From Lytechinus pictus (taxonomy: Eukaryota), in NCBI RefSeq assembly GCF_037042905.1, contig NC_087251.1, positions 6,388,001 to 6,452,000 on the forward strand: DNA of 64,000 bases, in the 5' to 3' direction. The number at the start of each line of letters is the position of its first letter. The first letter of the stretch is position 1. The position numbers and the translations under genes were made by a program. A model generated the notes under the pieces. That model was not told where the DNA came from. It saw only the letters and a program-made list of their open reading frames with translations, and did not search any database. Shown here in pieces: positions 24,701 through 36,800 of this stretch.

Positions 24701-27700
24701 TATCATTTATCTATGCATCATTGCTATATATTCACATAAACATTGACCAGCAGCATATGCTGAAAGAGTCAATTACAAATATTCATTAAGTATAATATAA
24801 CAAAACAAATGAACAAAAACACAATTACCGGTACAGTATTCTATATCTTAAACATTGGTTATACCAGCTCCAAATACTGATTTTATGCAGAATTATCTTG
24901 TTGCCTATTAAACTGATTTCACAATAATGTCATGCATGGTTTTCAAGATCAATTTATATGGACAAAAGCTAATGTAATATTTGTCCTATAGTATCATAGT
25001 GGGTAAAAACCCTGTTATGCATTTGCGTATTTGTATGAATTACAAGACAAATTTGAAAAAAAAGTTTTAAAAAATCATCTGGTTGAATTAACACAAAAAT
25101 GTAAACATGTTATCAAGTTTAGGAGATATACAATGTCAAATATCATTTCAGAGACTTAAACTTTAAATATATTGGAAAATTATGTGATTGAAAATATTTT
25201 CTTTTTAAACTTTCCAAAAGGATATTTCACCTTAGCATTACCATATTTTTGGTATATAATATTTGATTGTAGATCAGTGAGAGTATGGTCCTGGCCTGAC
25301 GGTTGCTGTAGACATGTACTCAGAGGACACAGTGATGATATACAGGTTAGAAATCTTTCAGTCTCTACACAGTTCTTATTGTAACATCAACTGTATTTCC
25401 AGATAGTTTGGTACATGAATCCCTAAACGTGGCGTACTCACATAACCAGATTTTACCACAGATTTTCCAATCCCCTATTTTTTGTATTGAGAAATTGGAG
25501 GATTAGAAGGGAAAGACTATAATGGCTAAAGATTGCTCAATCAGACCTGTGTGTAGTCATTATGTCTAAACCTTTCTTGATTGTGATGATAGTCAGACTT
25601 CAGGTATAAGCAAGAAAATAAAGTCACAGACTTTGTGAATTGACGTTGTCTTTTTGCCTCTTTAGTGTTTTTCCCTAAAAACTTATTGACAAGATTGCCT
25701 TCTAGTTATTTTTATTATGTGTAGCCTTAGAAAGAAGGATATATTTCAGAGACAAAAAAAAATTGGATAGAATATTCTATATTATGTCTGTCTTTTGATA
25801 CCCAATAAAAGTGAAAACCATGCAGCCTGCTCAAGATTCAAGTGTTCTTTACATGCAGCGGTCTTCCTATGATCTTGTGTGAAACCAATGTTTGATGAAA
25901 GTACTCACAAAATTCAGATATTTTAAATATATGTCTTCCATATAGCATTTAGATGTGAACAGAGAGAAAGCTGTAACTACATCTTGGGACACAACAGTAA
26001 GAGTATGGGACATACATAGTGGAATATGTCTACATGTTCTTCATGGTCACACAGAAGGTTAGTCTATACATGTTCAGTGTACTCACTGCAAGATTGCAAA
26101 TCGGTCTAAATGTGATTGGTAGTAAAATTATGAATTGAATTTGAAATGAAAAATAATACAATCTTTGTTTTGTGATTTGTAGGAATGAGAACCTTTTTTC
26201 AAATATGCATGTATTGTTTTCTTTCTCTCTCTCCAGGTGTGATGTGTTGTAAGTTTGATGATAAGATCATTGTAAGTGGCGGAGGAGAAGGTCATATTAA
26301 GATATGGGACACGCACGTAGGAGTCTGCACAAAGACACTTGAAGGTCATTCAGATGAGGTGGTGAGTAAAAATCTTTTTTTTAATTCATTAACATATATA
26401 CCTTTGAAAAAAAAGCTGTTGAGGTACATCTAAATGATTCTAAAATAGGAGCAAAAAGCAGTAATGTTTTGAAGAATTCTATCATTTGATATTTCTTCAT
26501 AACAGATCTTTCCCCTTTCAAAATTGCTCCGTAATTGTTATTAGTGAATACTTATTAGCTATTTATTGAAAATTCACCTTTTCATAGAGACTCCTTGTAT
26601 AGTTTTGTGCATTTTGAAGAGATGAATATTATGACTATTACAGTGTTAAAGATAACAGCTCAATGCTTCAGCACATATTGATATTGGTGATTAATACTTA
26701 TTTTATTGCATTTTTGTTAGTATTGCCTTGACTATAACAGCAATGTGATAGCATCAGGTTCTGCAGATAGTACAGTCAGGTTATGGAATTATGAAGGTGA
26801 GTTGATATATAAGATATATAATGTTAGTTATAGTAAAGGTTAGGCATCATTTGTACTAGCTCATTAGAGTCAATGTACATTACACATTCCTCCCTGTTTA
26901 GAAATTTGATCAAGAAATTACTTGCTTGTTGATTTCATGCTCATACATGTATCTTCATTCAACACTTGTTCATGTCAATGCTATACATATTTTCCTTGTA
27001 TATTTCATGAAAGTATATCCTGTGTGTAATCTACAATATCTACAACCTGTCAATCGAAGCTACAACAGGGATTAATCACCTCAACCTACTTTTCAGAATC
27101 TAGACCAAGTCGAGTGATGACATCATTGTGTGATTAATCCAGCATACAAAGTATCTTCTAAAAATGTTGTAGCTTCATATTAGATTGCATGTTTTGTAAG
27201 GGAAATTATATAGATATAATGAATGGGAGATTTTGAAACAATGCCTGGGTCAAACCATTTCCATTCATTCTCTGAATATTTAAAACAAGCCTAAGTTGAA
27301 TTTGAATGGTTGTGGACCATTTCCATTCAAAGTCATTGATGTCATTCCTTTCTCTTTTGCCTGTTCAGGTATTTGTTTGAGTGTAATGAAGGAACACATA
27401 GGTGTTGTTCGTTGCTTGAGATTGTCTGAAAATAGATTGGTAACAGGAGGAGATAGAAAGAAGATCGTTGTATGGGACGCCCAGGTAAGATTGGCCAAGA
27501 TAAGAGGGTTTTTCAAAATAAGATAAGAGGGTTTTACGAAATAAGAACATCACAATTCATTATCTCAATATCTTTTGGCCTGTAGCTTTGCATGTTCATA
27601 CAGTTTCTGTGATATTTTGTCAGGACAATAACTCTGATTTACAGCATCTGTATCGCATTTGCTTTAATATGCAAACTTATCTGTTAACATGCATAAGTTT

Positions 27701-28324
27701 GTAGAAATGCACTTTTATTTGAGTTGGGAGAGTTGCTGGCCATCGAGCATAGTTGCTGTGTGCAGCTTGTTTATTCTGTTGTTGTCTGGACAAAATGTCA
27801 TTGAGCTAATTCATGGGGGTTGCACTGTTGGCCTTAAATTAAGATGTGATTTTCATGAATTGTGACATTTTTTTGTAAGAGACTATGAATCTCACTGATC
27901 CATTTTGTTATTTGGAAGGAAGGAAGGAAGTAACAAAAATTATATTTTAGAGCACACTAAGTAATATTCAAAAATAAGGATAACTCATATTTGGTCACCT
28001 GCTATTTGCTAAAGTAGTGACATAAGTGCCAGCTGCTCATATTGAATGGGAATTCCCCTGTCTAGGGAAAGAGAAATGATGATTTTCATGATTATGTTCA
28101 TATTTTCTAACAGTTATCTGTAGTATCTTTGTGGTTGTTTTGTTCAGTCATGAAGAAATCCTTATTTTAGGAATGATGTTTGTTTATTCAATCAGGATGG
28201 AAGACTCCTTAATGTGGTCCATAGAAACCCTAGCTTGCTTCATCTGATGTGGACAAGCGATACTAAGATAATAATAGCATCACCAGAAGCTCCTGGATCA
28301 GTGACTATCTTTAGCTACTGGTAG
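18758..28324 (+). CDS. F-box/WD40-repeat protein (FBXW family, Cdc4/FBXW7-like architecture), complete, 12 coding exons
   Basis: Exons 18758-18862, 21882-22060 (F-box LPPELIDRIFSYLSVTDLCEVAKCNARWRECANSDVLW), 22363-22520, 23175-23336, 23691-23809, 24254-24405, 25273-25345, 25946-26057, 26237-26361, 26721-26796, 27369-27484, 28196-28324 (TAG). Repeated GH..WD motifs (SGSRDRTVRVWN, TSWDTTVRVWD, SGSADSTVRLWN). The exact paralog cannot be assigned by eye. Confidence 0.92.
18938..19121. mobile_element. Short palindromic MITE (PIF/Harbinger-like); degenerate second copy at about 20937-21095
   Basis: GTTTCATAAAGCTGTTCGTAAGTTAAGAGCGACTTTAAGAACGACTGGTGA is mirrored at the right end. Confidence 0.75.
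19149..19711. mobile_element. MITE with CC(A/G)GGGGGG termini
   Basis: TIRs GGGGGGGCCACTT.CATTGACGAGTGGATACCATGCG.GACCA; flanking direct repeat AAAAAAGT at 19141-19148 and 19712-19719. Confidence 0.8.
22575..22810. repeat. (GAT/GGT)n trinucleotide microsatellite; a similar tract lies at 36483-36650
   Basis: Directly visible in the sequence. Confidence 0.9.
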
Positions 28325-29169
28325 AACAGCCATCAGAAGATTGATGTGTTATGATTTGTTCCTCTCTTTGATTTTGGAGGAAACAGTTGATGGACTCGTG
28401 ACCACCCTTCGCTAAAGAAAGACCATCCTTCATAGTCTGTTGATAGATCAATCAACATTCTTCCTTTATTTTATGATGGTGAAGGAAACAGTTCTTGGAA
28501 CTGTCCATAACTACTGGTAGACTATTTTTTATAGGATGATGGAGTAATCAGCATTAATATTTGTCCTTTATTGGAATACGTTTATGGAAACTCCTCCCGA
28601 TTTTGTGACCATCCTAAAACGCTCAGAGACCATTTATATTACAACATACCACATTCTTCCTCTATTTGATGGCGGAAATAGCTCATGGCTCTGGAACCCT
28701 CCTTAGTTACTTGAAGACCATTTTTCATCGGATAATGGAGGAATTATTTGATGATGATCAGGTGCTGAGGAACGGGAGGGGGGGGTCTGACCATGCAAAA
28801 AATCCCAATCATATGGTAATTTTTACATTTTTGTACACTGTTTTGGAAAGTGGCCCCCTCCCCCCGTTAAGCGGCCCGGATGATGATAACAGCTCTTTGA
28901 TAAGTAACCAACCTGAATTATTGATTGACGACCATACATTATTCCTGGCACGTCCTTGTATCACAATATACAGGAGTGCATACCCCTTTCAGAAAATTAT
29001 CATTCCTGCCAGATGCTAGAGTCCTTATGCAGACAACTTTTTGTTTGTACTATGCTGCCGTTGTTCCTTGTAAAGTTTCTTTGTTATGTTTGCTGTGTTT
29101 AACACTATGTACATGACAGACAATATATTTATGCATGTTCCATGAAGATGTTAGATTCACACTCCATAT

Positions 29170-29730
29170 TTAAAAAAAAACTATAAGTTTATTTGGATTA
29201 AGAAAGAAAAATCAGATGGGGTAAATGCAAAATTTTTTAACAAAACTGGATGTAAAATAAGAAAGTTACATTTTAACATTTCACTTAATTTCACAAATAG
29301 TTGTATGCACATCATGGCCAGTATTCAATAGAGGGAACTGATGGTGATACCCACTCACTCTTTCTTTGTATTTTATCACGAATATAAATGTTATGTAATA
29401 TTATAATTTTCTTGTTATAATGTGAAACTGAATTTGATTTCTCCCTGATATCGTGAAATTGCCAATGTAACCTAACTGAATCGATTGAGTGTCTTTATTT
29501 TCATATCTGCAAAAAAAGAAACATTAAAATGCCAAAGTAAATGTGAGTGAATGACATCATCGACTCTCTCACTGTCTAGTGTATAAAACTGAAAATATAA
29601 GTGAGAAAAATAAACGAAATTTTTTAATGTCATGACCTTATTTTACATCTAATATTGTTGAAATTTTCAGTACTATGCTTACTTGATTTTTTTCGTTATC
29701 AGAAATCAACTTTTTGTTGGGGTGGACTTG
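29170..29730. mobile_element. Degenerate copy of the TTAA (Kolobok-like) MITE family
   Basis: Contains GGATGTAAAATAAGAAAGTTA and ends TCAACTTTTTGTTGGGGTGGACTTG, as in the copies at 32715, 43454 and 61905. Confidence 0.65.
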
Positions 29731-31272
29731 ATGGAATTTGTGCTCTTCGAATAAAATGTAATTTTTCAGTTTTTAGCATTTGGGATTTAATTTTCAAGAA
29801 GGCATTAACGGCATTTTCTAAACAGGAGATACAAAATGTCAAAGAAAATTAATTCATAAAAGAATAAATATTGGAGCATGTCATGTGACTTTTTTTTACA
29901 TACACTGAATTGTGTCTCATATATACTATGGAAAGTTTTGCTGTGTATTCAAATGTCTTGAATGTCTAGTTTCATGATACATGTACATGCTGAAACCGAT
30001 GTGAGTTGTTATTTTATTGTATATTTTGCTGAATTCTTGTCTTTTTTAACTGATTCCATCCATTTTGTAAAGTTCAGTAACTACAAGTCTTCAAACTTCA
30101 TTTGCTGCCTTTTAATAAAAGATCTTTATTCTACTTCATCCATATTGTGCAGACTCTTTCCAAGTAAGTAAACTAGGACAAAGAGTATTTTAAAGCTGCT
30201 CTGTTTAAGCCGTGGTAATATTTTGGAATGAAGAAAGTATATGTTGAGTGCAATAAAAGTAATTATTGGGAGGAAAGGGTAATAGGGAATCAATCCATAT
30301 TTCTATAATACAGGTAATAGGGAATGTAGGGAATGCATATTTCTATAATACAGAATATAATTGACATATGACAAATAAAAGCCTTCGTAACATTAAGAAG
30401 TTAATTCATTGTAGAACACTGTTTATTCACCTCTTTTCATCAAACATTATCAGCATTACATAACTTATATATGGAAGATTCTTTACATTTACAGTTCTTT
30501 ACATATTGATATTGCATTATCTCTAATAAATTGACAAACATGTTTATTTTAACATAATAACGTTTAAAAAATGAAAACAATTTAATTCATAAAATCAAGT
30601 ATATTGAATGTTCACAAAAATAGAATAAGACAAGTCACAAATTCTGAACAATTTTCAGTACATGATCAACCCAGTATGAGGTAATGTCATCTACATCAAT
30701 ATGAACCTTGTCACTTTGACAATACCATGAAAATGCATGGTTTTTCAGTTCTGAAATCCTTTTTTTTATTGACTTGATGTTAAAAATCCAATTCATATTT
30801 TCCCTCCTCATGAGCATAATCTAATGAATCACAATTCCTAAATAATGTCCTGTCCTTGATGTTTCCAATCCAGTATAATCCTGCATTATGTTCATAGATA
30901 CCTTATGACCTGTAAGTCTAAAACATTGCAAAATAAATCTTTCTGGCATGAAGTATACAATCAAAAACACCATTTACGCCAAATTTGCCTATATTGACTT
31001 CATATTATGTAGGTAATGAAATCTACATCAATATGAACAAAGTTACCTTGTGGCCTCAATAATTATGCCCAATAAAAATGCCCTTTTAGTCTAAAAAGTG
31101 AGGTATACAAACTATGCCTAGAAAAAAACAGAATATAAGTGAAAAACAGGAATAGAAAATTATGCAGAAAGATACATAAACATGAGAATCAGACATGCAA
31201 TCTCATCTTTCCATAACCCTGAAATCTTATTTTCATACATCATTCCATATTAATAGTGCATAGCATAATATA

Positions 31273-31492
31273 CAGTGGTGCTCAAAAGTTAATGAAACTC
31301 ACCAGAAAATGAACATATTCGAAGTGTTCGAGTTCTGCCCATGTCTTAAATAATAAACTGTGAAGTCGGGCGATAAAATATTACATTCAATAAAGTTTGT
31401 TTCTCGCCGGACATTGTAGTGATGTCTACATTCAACAATCGGCATGAAGAAGTGCATTTTGTAATAGGTTCCATAACTTTTGAGCAGAACTG
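31273..31492. mobile_element. Tc1/mariner-like MITE with TA TSD
   Basis: TA|CAGTGGTGCTCAAAAGTTA ... TAACTTTTGAGCAGAACTG|TA. Confidence 0.75.
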
Positions 31493-32411
31493 TAAATAAT
31501 TTTCAAAAATCCATTAACCTTTCTCCAGCAGATGACAGAGAAGGTCACAGAAGGTATTTCCTAAAGATCTTGATTCATTTAAAATATGTTGACCCACTAT
31601 ACTAGGTCCAAAGTAAATGACCATGCTGACAGGGATATGGATGTGAGTCCAAACCATACCATCTTCATTCATAGATATGGTATTTTTTAAATTATTATTT
31701 ACACTTGATGATATTAAATTCAACTAGAAATTGTTAATAATCGTTTAATCGGATTACGACTAAGGTACACTTTTATATCACACACTTGTTCACATTATAA
31801 TGAAAAGAAAGATTTTTCTATACTCACCTCAGTTATGCGAGCACTGAATCACCGCAGTGAAGATATACAATTCTCAAAATGCTACACCTGTGTAGCATTA
31901 TGGCACACTTTATCAACTTGAAAAAAAAATCTTTTTTTCTTCTACAATTAATGAAATTTAGTGACAAAAAATATTAAATCTTCATACAGTAATATATAGG
32001 TATCAAAATATAAGATAAAACCAATAAAATACAGGGATATACATACATGTATATGTAATATCTTAAGTATTCTTTTTTCTCATTCTTTCAAATGTTGACT
32101 TACAAACTACACAAGCCAAGTAAAACCTGTATCATTCAATATCAGATTGAATGGTCAAAAGGGTTTTTGGTATAAGCTAAATAATACTGAACATTATAGT
32201 CATTCATTGGATAAATTAAATAGTGACTTCATACTTCATTAAACTGATATCTGTACCATAAAGAATGATTCTACGATATTTGCCTTTACCCCAGCCCTGT
32301 TACAGAAAACTGATCAGTAAGTAAAGTTGTCATCAATTCTATCTACCATCCATGGTTAAATCCTTCAAAAGCTAATTAAAATGAAAATTTTCCATTGCAG
32401 TTACCATTCAT

Positions 32412-32587
32412 CAGGGGTGTGAGTGGTCACAAATAAAAAGATCTGAAAAAAGCTGAAGAGTGTTGAAAAAGTCTGAAATAGAAAGAGCTCCCATACTTTT
32501 TGTACAGAGGAAGGCCAAAAATAAGCTGAAATTAAGCTGGAAAAAAAAATCTGAAATCAGATAAAAATCTGAACTCTCACACCCCTG
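32412..32587. mobile_element. Small hAT-like MITE with a 6-bp TSD
   Basis: CAGGGGTGTGAG ... CTCACACCCCTG flanked on both sides by ATTCAT. Confidence 0.7.
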
Positions 32588-32714
32588 ATTCATGTAAACA
32601 GTCTTTTGCAACAGATCCCTGGGAGAAGTCATTGACAGACTATCAAAAGATCAATGATTCAAGTCCCATCTCATCAATGCCTCCTGGCAAGAATGCAACC
32701 TACACTTGCTACAC

Positions 32715-33314
32715 TTAAAGGACAAGTCCACCCCAACAAAAAGTTTATTTGAATAAAAAGAGAAAAATCCAATTAGCATAACACTAAAAATTTCATCAAA
32801 ATCTGATGAAAAATAAGAAAGTTATGACATTTTTAAGTTTCGCTTGATTTCAGAATATAGTTATCTGCCCATCCCGATCGGTATGCAAATGAGGGAACTG
32901 ATGACGTCACTATTTCTTTTGTATTTTATTATATGAAATATGAAATATTCTAATTTTTTCCTTATTGTCCTGTGAAACAAAGTTTTATTTCTCCCTGAAC
33001 ATGTGGAATTACTTTTGTTCAACATTTTATGGTTCAGTTAAATTGGTCCTTCTTGTCACATTTGTAAAAATTGAAATATTGTATAATTCAAACAATAAAA
33101 AAGAAAGAAATGGTGAGTGAGGAACATCGATTCTCTCCTTTGCATGTGACTAAATTGCGCTTATAACTATTTTTTGAAAAATAAGCGAAACTTTAAAATG
33201 TCATAACTTTCTTATTTTACATCCGATTTTGATGAAATTTTCAGCATTAATGTTTGTCTGATTTTTCTCTATTGATTCAAATCAACATTTTTCTGGGGTG
33301 GACTTGACCTTTAA
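32715..33314. mobile_element. About 600-bp MITE with TTAA TSD and AGG termini (Kolobok-like)
   Basis: TTAA|AGGACAAGTCCACCCCA ... TGGGGTGGACTTGACCT|TTAA with long imperfect TIRs; several copies in the window. Confidence 0.85.
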
Positions 33315-33853
33315 ATGAAAATACATTTGAGTTAGGAAAAATAAATAAGTACCACATAAAATGCTGGATCGCAAACCCAAGATGAGAGTGATAAAAGAGG
33401 GAAATTGAAATCTATCCTAAAAAAGAGCTCAATGTAGTTCCTGCAGTTGTTATTAGAGTTCAAAACAAGGAGTCAAGAAGCATTCATTATTTCCAATGAA
33501 ACAATTGCAAGTATTTAGCTCAATAAATCTGAACTCTTATTTGAGTTTGATTCACTGTCTATCACATCCTATTGGACTGGATCTGACATTGAAACTTCTC
33601 ATAATAATCAGATGGGTTAGGGATTCCTTTAAAAAATGCTGGACTGGTGAGCTTCAAAAAAGGATTCAAGAGATTGACTTTAATCAATAGGCCTATTTGC
33701 CATCGGATAAGTTCTAGCATCTCCTGTACTACTTGGTAGAGTTTATCAATAGAAACTTCCTAATTTATGAAATTCAATTTTTTGTTGACTTGCATATATT
33801 CCTTGTATATTACAAGTAAAATTTCCACTCTCAGCAAAGCTGTCCAGAAACAT

Positions 33854-36800
33854 TCATTCCTTATCAAACTGGTATCTGTTATAGATGTCATCAAACAAGT
33901 CTTTACAAGAAATCTTAGCTCTAAGTTTGGTACAGAGTAGGAAAGAACCAGCCATCTTCCGATGTAGTGAGTAGCTTTCTTCCGGAGGTGGAGTCAATCT
34001 ACCTCGAAGCATGACAGGGACTAGGTCATGGATACGCTTAGTTGTATCCTGCGTGGAGAAATCAAACGGCTCTGAAGATCTGAATGGCTCACCAAGGATC
34101 ATGACTGCATCTACATGGGCATTTTCCATTGCCTGGGAAATGATATGAGACAGAGAGCCGATTATGACAATATGATGTTGGTAGGACATTTTACAGATTA
34201 TGGGAAATAATTATACCTTGAAAGTAGGCTTAAAGTTATACAAAAATTATTTACCCCTGTGTAACCATCAAGCTAACAAAGTTCTACATTATAAAAGGCT
34301 CTGAGTAGCTGAATAATGAGCAAGCTTTCAAATACAAATTTTCAGTTAATAATTGCACATTTTGTGATGTTCATCATGATTCATGAAAATTTGCTTGGAC
34401 TTCATTACCTCTCTTATTAATTTCATTGATCAATAAACAAATTGTTGAAATTTTTGATATTGTGTAAATCTTCAATACAAATTCTTTTACTAGTAGAAGT
34501 AAATCTTGTAAAAATGTGATAAAATATTGATTGATAGACTCACCTTTGATTCATAACCAGTCAAGAATTGAAGCTTTTGTGAATTTACCAACACTTCTTC
34601 TCTATCCCCACATGCTGCACCATGGATCACCTGATATATAACAAAAACATAATCTCCAAAATAACTTCTAAAGATATATCATAACACCTTTGAAAACCTG
34701 ATTAACTGTTCAGCAATAATTTTCTACACTTTTCACTTTATGTAGGCATATTAAATACGGAACATCTGAACACACCTCACCAATTTTTTTTTTTAAATAA
34801 AGCATCTTCCTCATCTCAAATAACTTTCAGTTTATGCATTGTGGTGTAGCGGTTCTCACTCTTGCTATGTAATCAGAGGGTCGTGTGTTTGAATCCCACC
34901 ACGGTCTAGCATCCTTTGGCAAGGTGTCAATCTACACTCAGCCACTCTCCACCAAGGAGCTAACTGGGTACCTGAGAGGATGCGATAACCTATATAGTAT
35001 GCCTAGCAATTTAGTCTTGGAAGTCTTGTTGGAATGCTCCCCAGGGAGTGGAGAAAGTACATACATTGTGGGCAGGAATGCCAGGATCCAATGGCTAGGG
35101 TAATACTAAGTACATGTAATGCAATAAGATTTGGATCTATTTTTCAACAATAAGGGTTGTTAGATTAACAGTTGGGATAAACGTCTGATATAATGAATGT
35201 AAAAAACAATCCTTCAGCTGAAGTAACTAAACTGCTTAAAAATATGGATAAAATGGTTACACAACACTTCTGAATACAATTCACTCACCTTTATGTAAGT
35301 ATCCACAAATGACTTGTCATAGTATCTTGATGCACCAAAATCTAGCAGAGTTATCTACAAAACAATAAGTAAAATAAAATAACAAAATCATTAACCATCA
35401 ATAGGGCTACAAGACCTCATACCTCATGTTTAGATGATATCTAGATTATTTGCTTACATGACTAGATAATCCATCAAGGGGGAGCGTTTAATATATATTT
35501 TTTCTGACAAGTTGTTGGATCTTACAACTTCCCTTGACTTTAATTTAGCTGGGACGCACTGTCACTATGGTAACAGTCGGATAAAACAGACCTTTTTCTG
35601 GTAAAATGTCTGACAAGTCCTTCCATGAAACATCCAAATCTAAGTTCTGTCTGTAAGTGCAACTTTAGCTGTGTCAAAGGGAAGGCTATGCCATTGGCTA
35701 GCGTTATGGCAGACATTTTTTCCTTCTCTCTCCTCCAACATTTAAATTACTTTGAGCAGTCTGTTCCCCCAACGCTGACCAATTTCATGGAAGTATATAT
35801 CAGAATTGAAGTACATCTACATAATACTCAAGCTTAATTCAATAAAATATATTCAAGACAAGCAAGCATATCCTTACAAATACTTCTCTACTGAAAATTG
35901 AATAAAATAATTTCTTAAAATGAATGGTTAAAATATCATTTACTTTCAAATATAATTCACACACTCATTCCTAGTATGCACTCATTTCAGAAGGAATTAT
36001 TTTTCTCAAATTGTGTGTTACTTTTGTATTCTAAGAGGATTAGAAGAGGGCTGTAATCAACATGCCTCAATTTTGTTTTAATACTGCATATCCAAATATT
36101 CCACAGAACCTATTTTAATGAAATGAGAGTTTTCTCTCATTTTTACCTTTCCTGTATCTTCATTGAAGAGGAAGTTTGACCAGTTAGGATCAGTCTGCAT
36201 AAATCTCCACTCAAACAGTTCAATCAAACACAACCTCAAAATATGAACACATATCTGAAGGGGAGAGACAGATAATAAGATCAACCATTTTAAATTCTCA
36301 TACTGATGTACATGTACAACTGAACTGTATTGAAATACACTGGAAGCTAAATACAAATACTTGTAATGTAGGCAACCATGGAATATGTTTGCGAGTAAAA
36401 AAATATATATTAGGAGACTCGTACTGAAGAACTTCATCATTAACAGATTTTCTCCCAAAAAGGTTCAATCTTGATCAGTACATGAAGATGACGATGATGA
36501 AGATGATGATGATGATAATGATATTCAATATTATTGATAATGATAATGATGATAATTTTGATGCTTGATGATGATGATAATGATATTCAATATTATTGAT
36601 GAAGATGATAATGATGATGTAAAAGCTGATGATGATGATATTAATGATGTATTGTTATATTAAACTATCAGCTCATTATAATATCAATAATAATAATGGA
36701 ACTAAGCAATATTAATACCCAAAACATGAATTTAAGTATCAATTGGTGGATAAATTGTAAGAAACCTGAAATCTGTGCAAAGGTTACTCTCTACAGCAGG

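Noticed and set aside
28666..29019. 117-aa ORF downstream of the F-box gene
   Set aside because: No recognisable motif, it does not begin at an ATG, and it lies in the probable 3'UTR.
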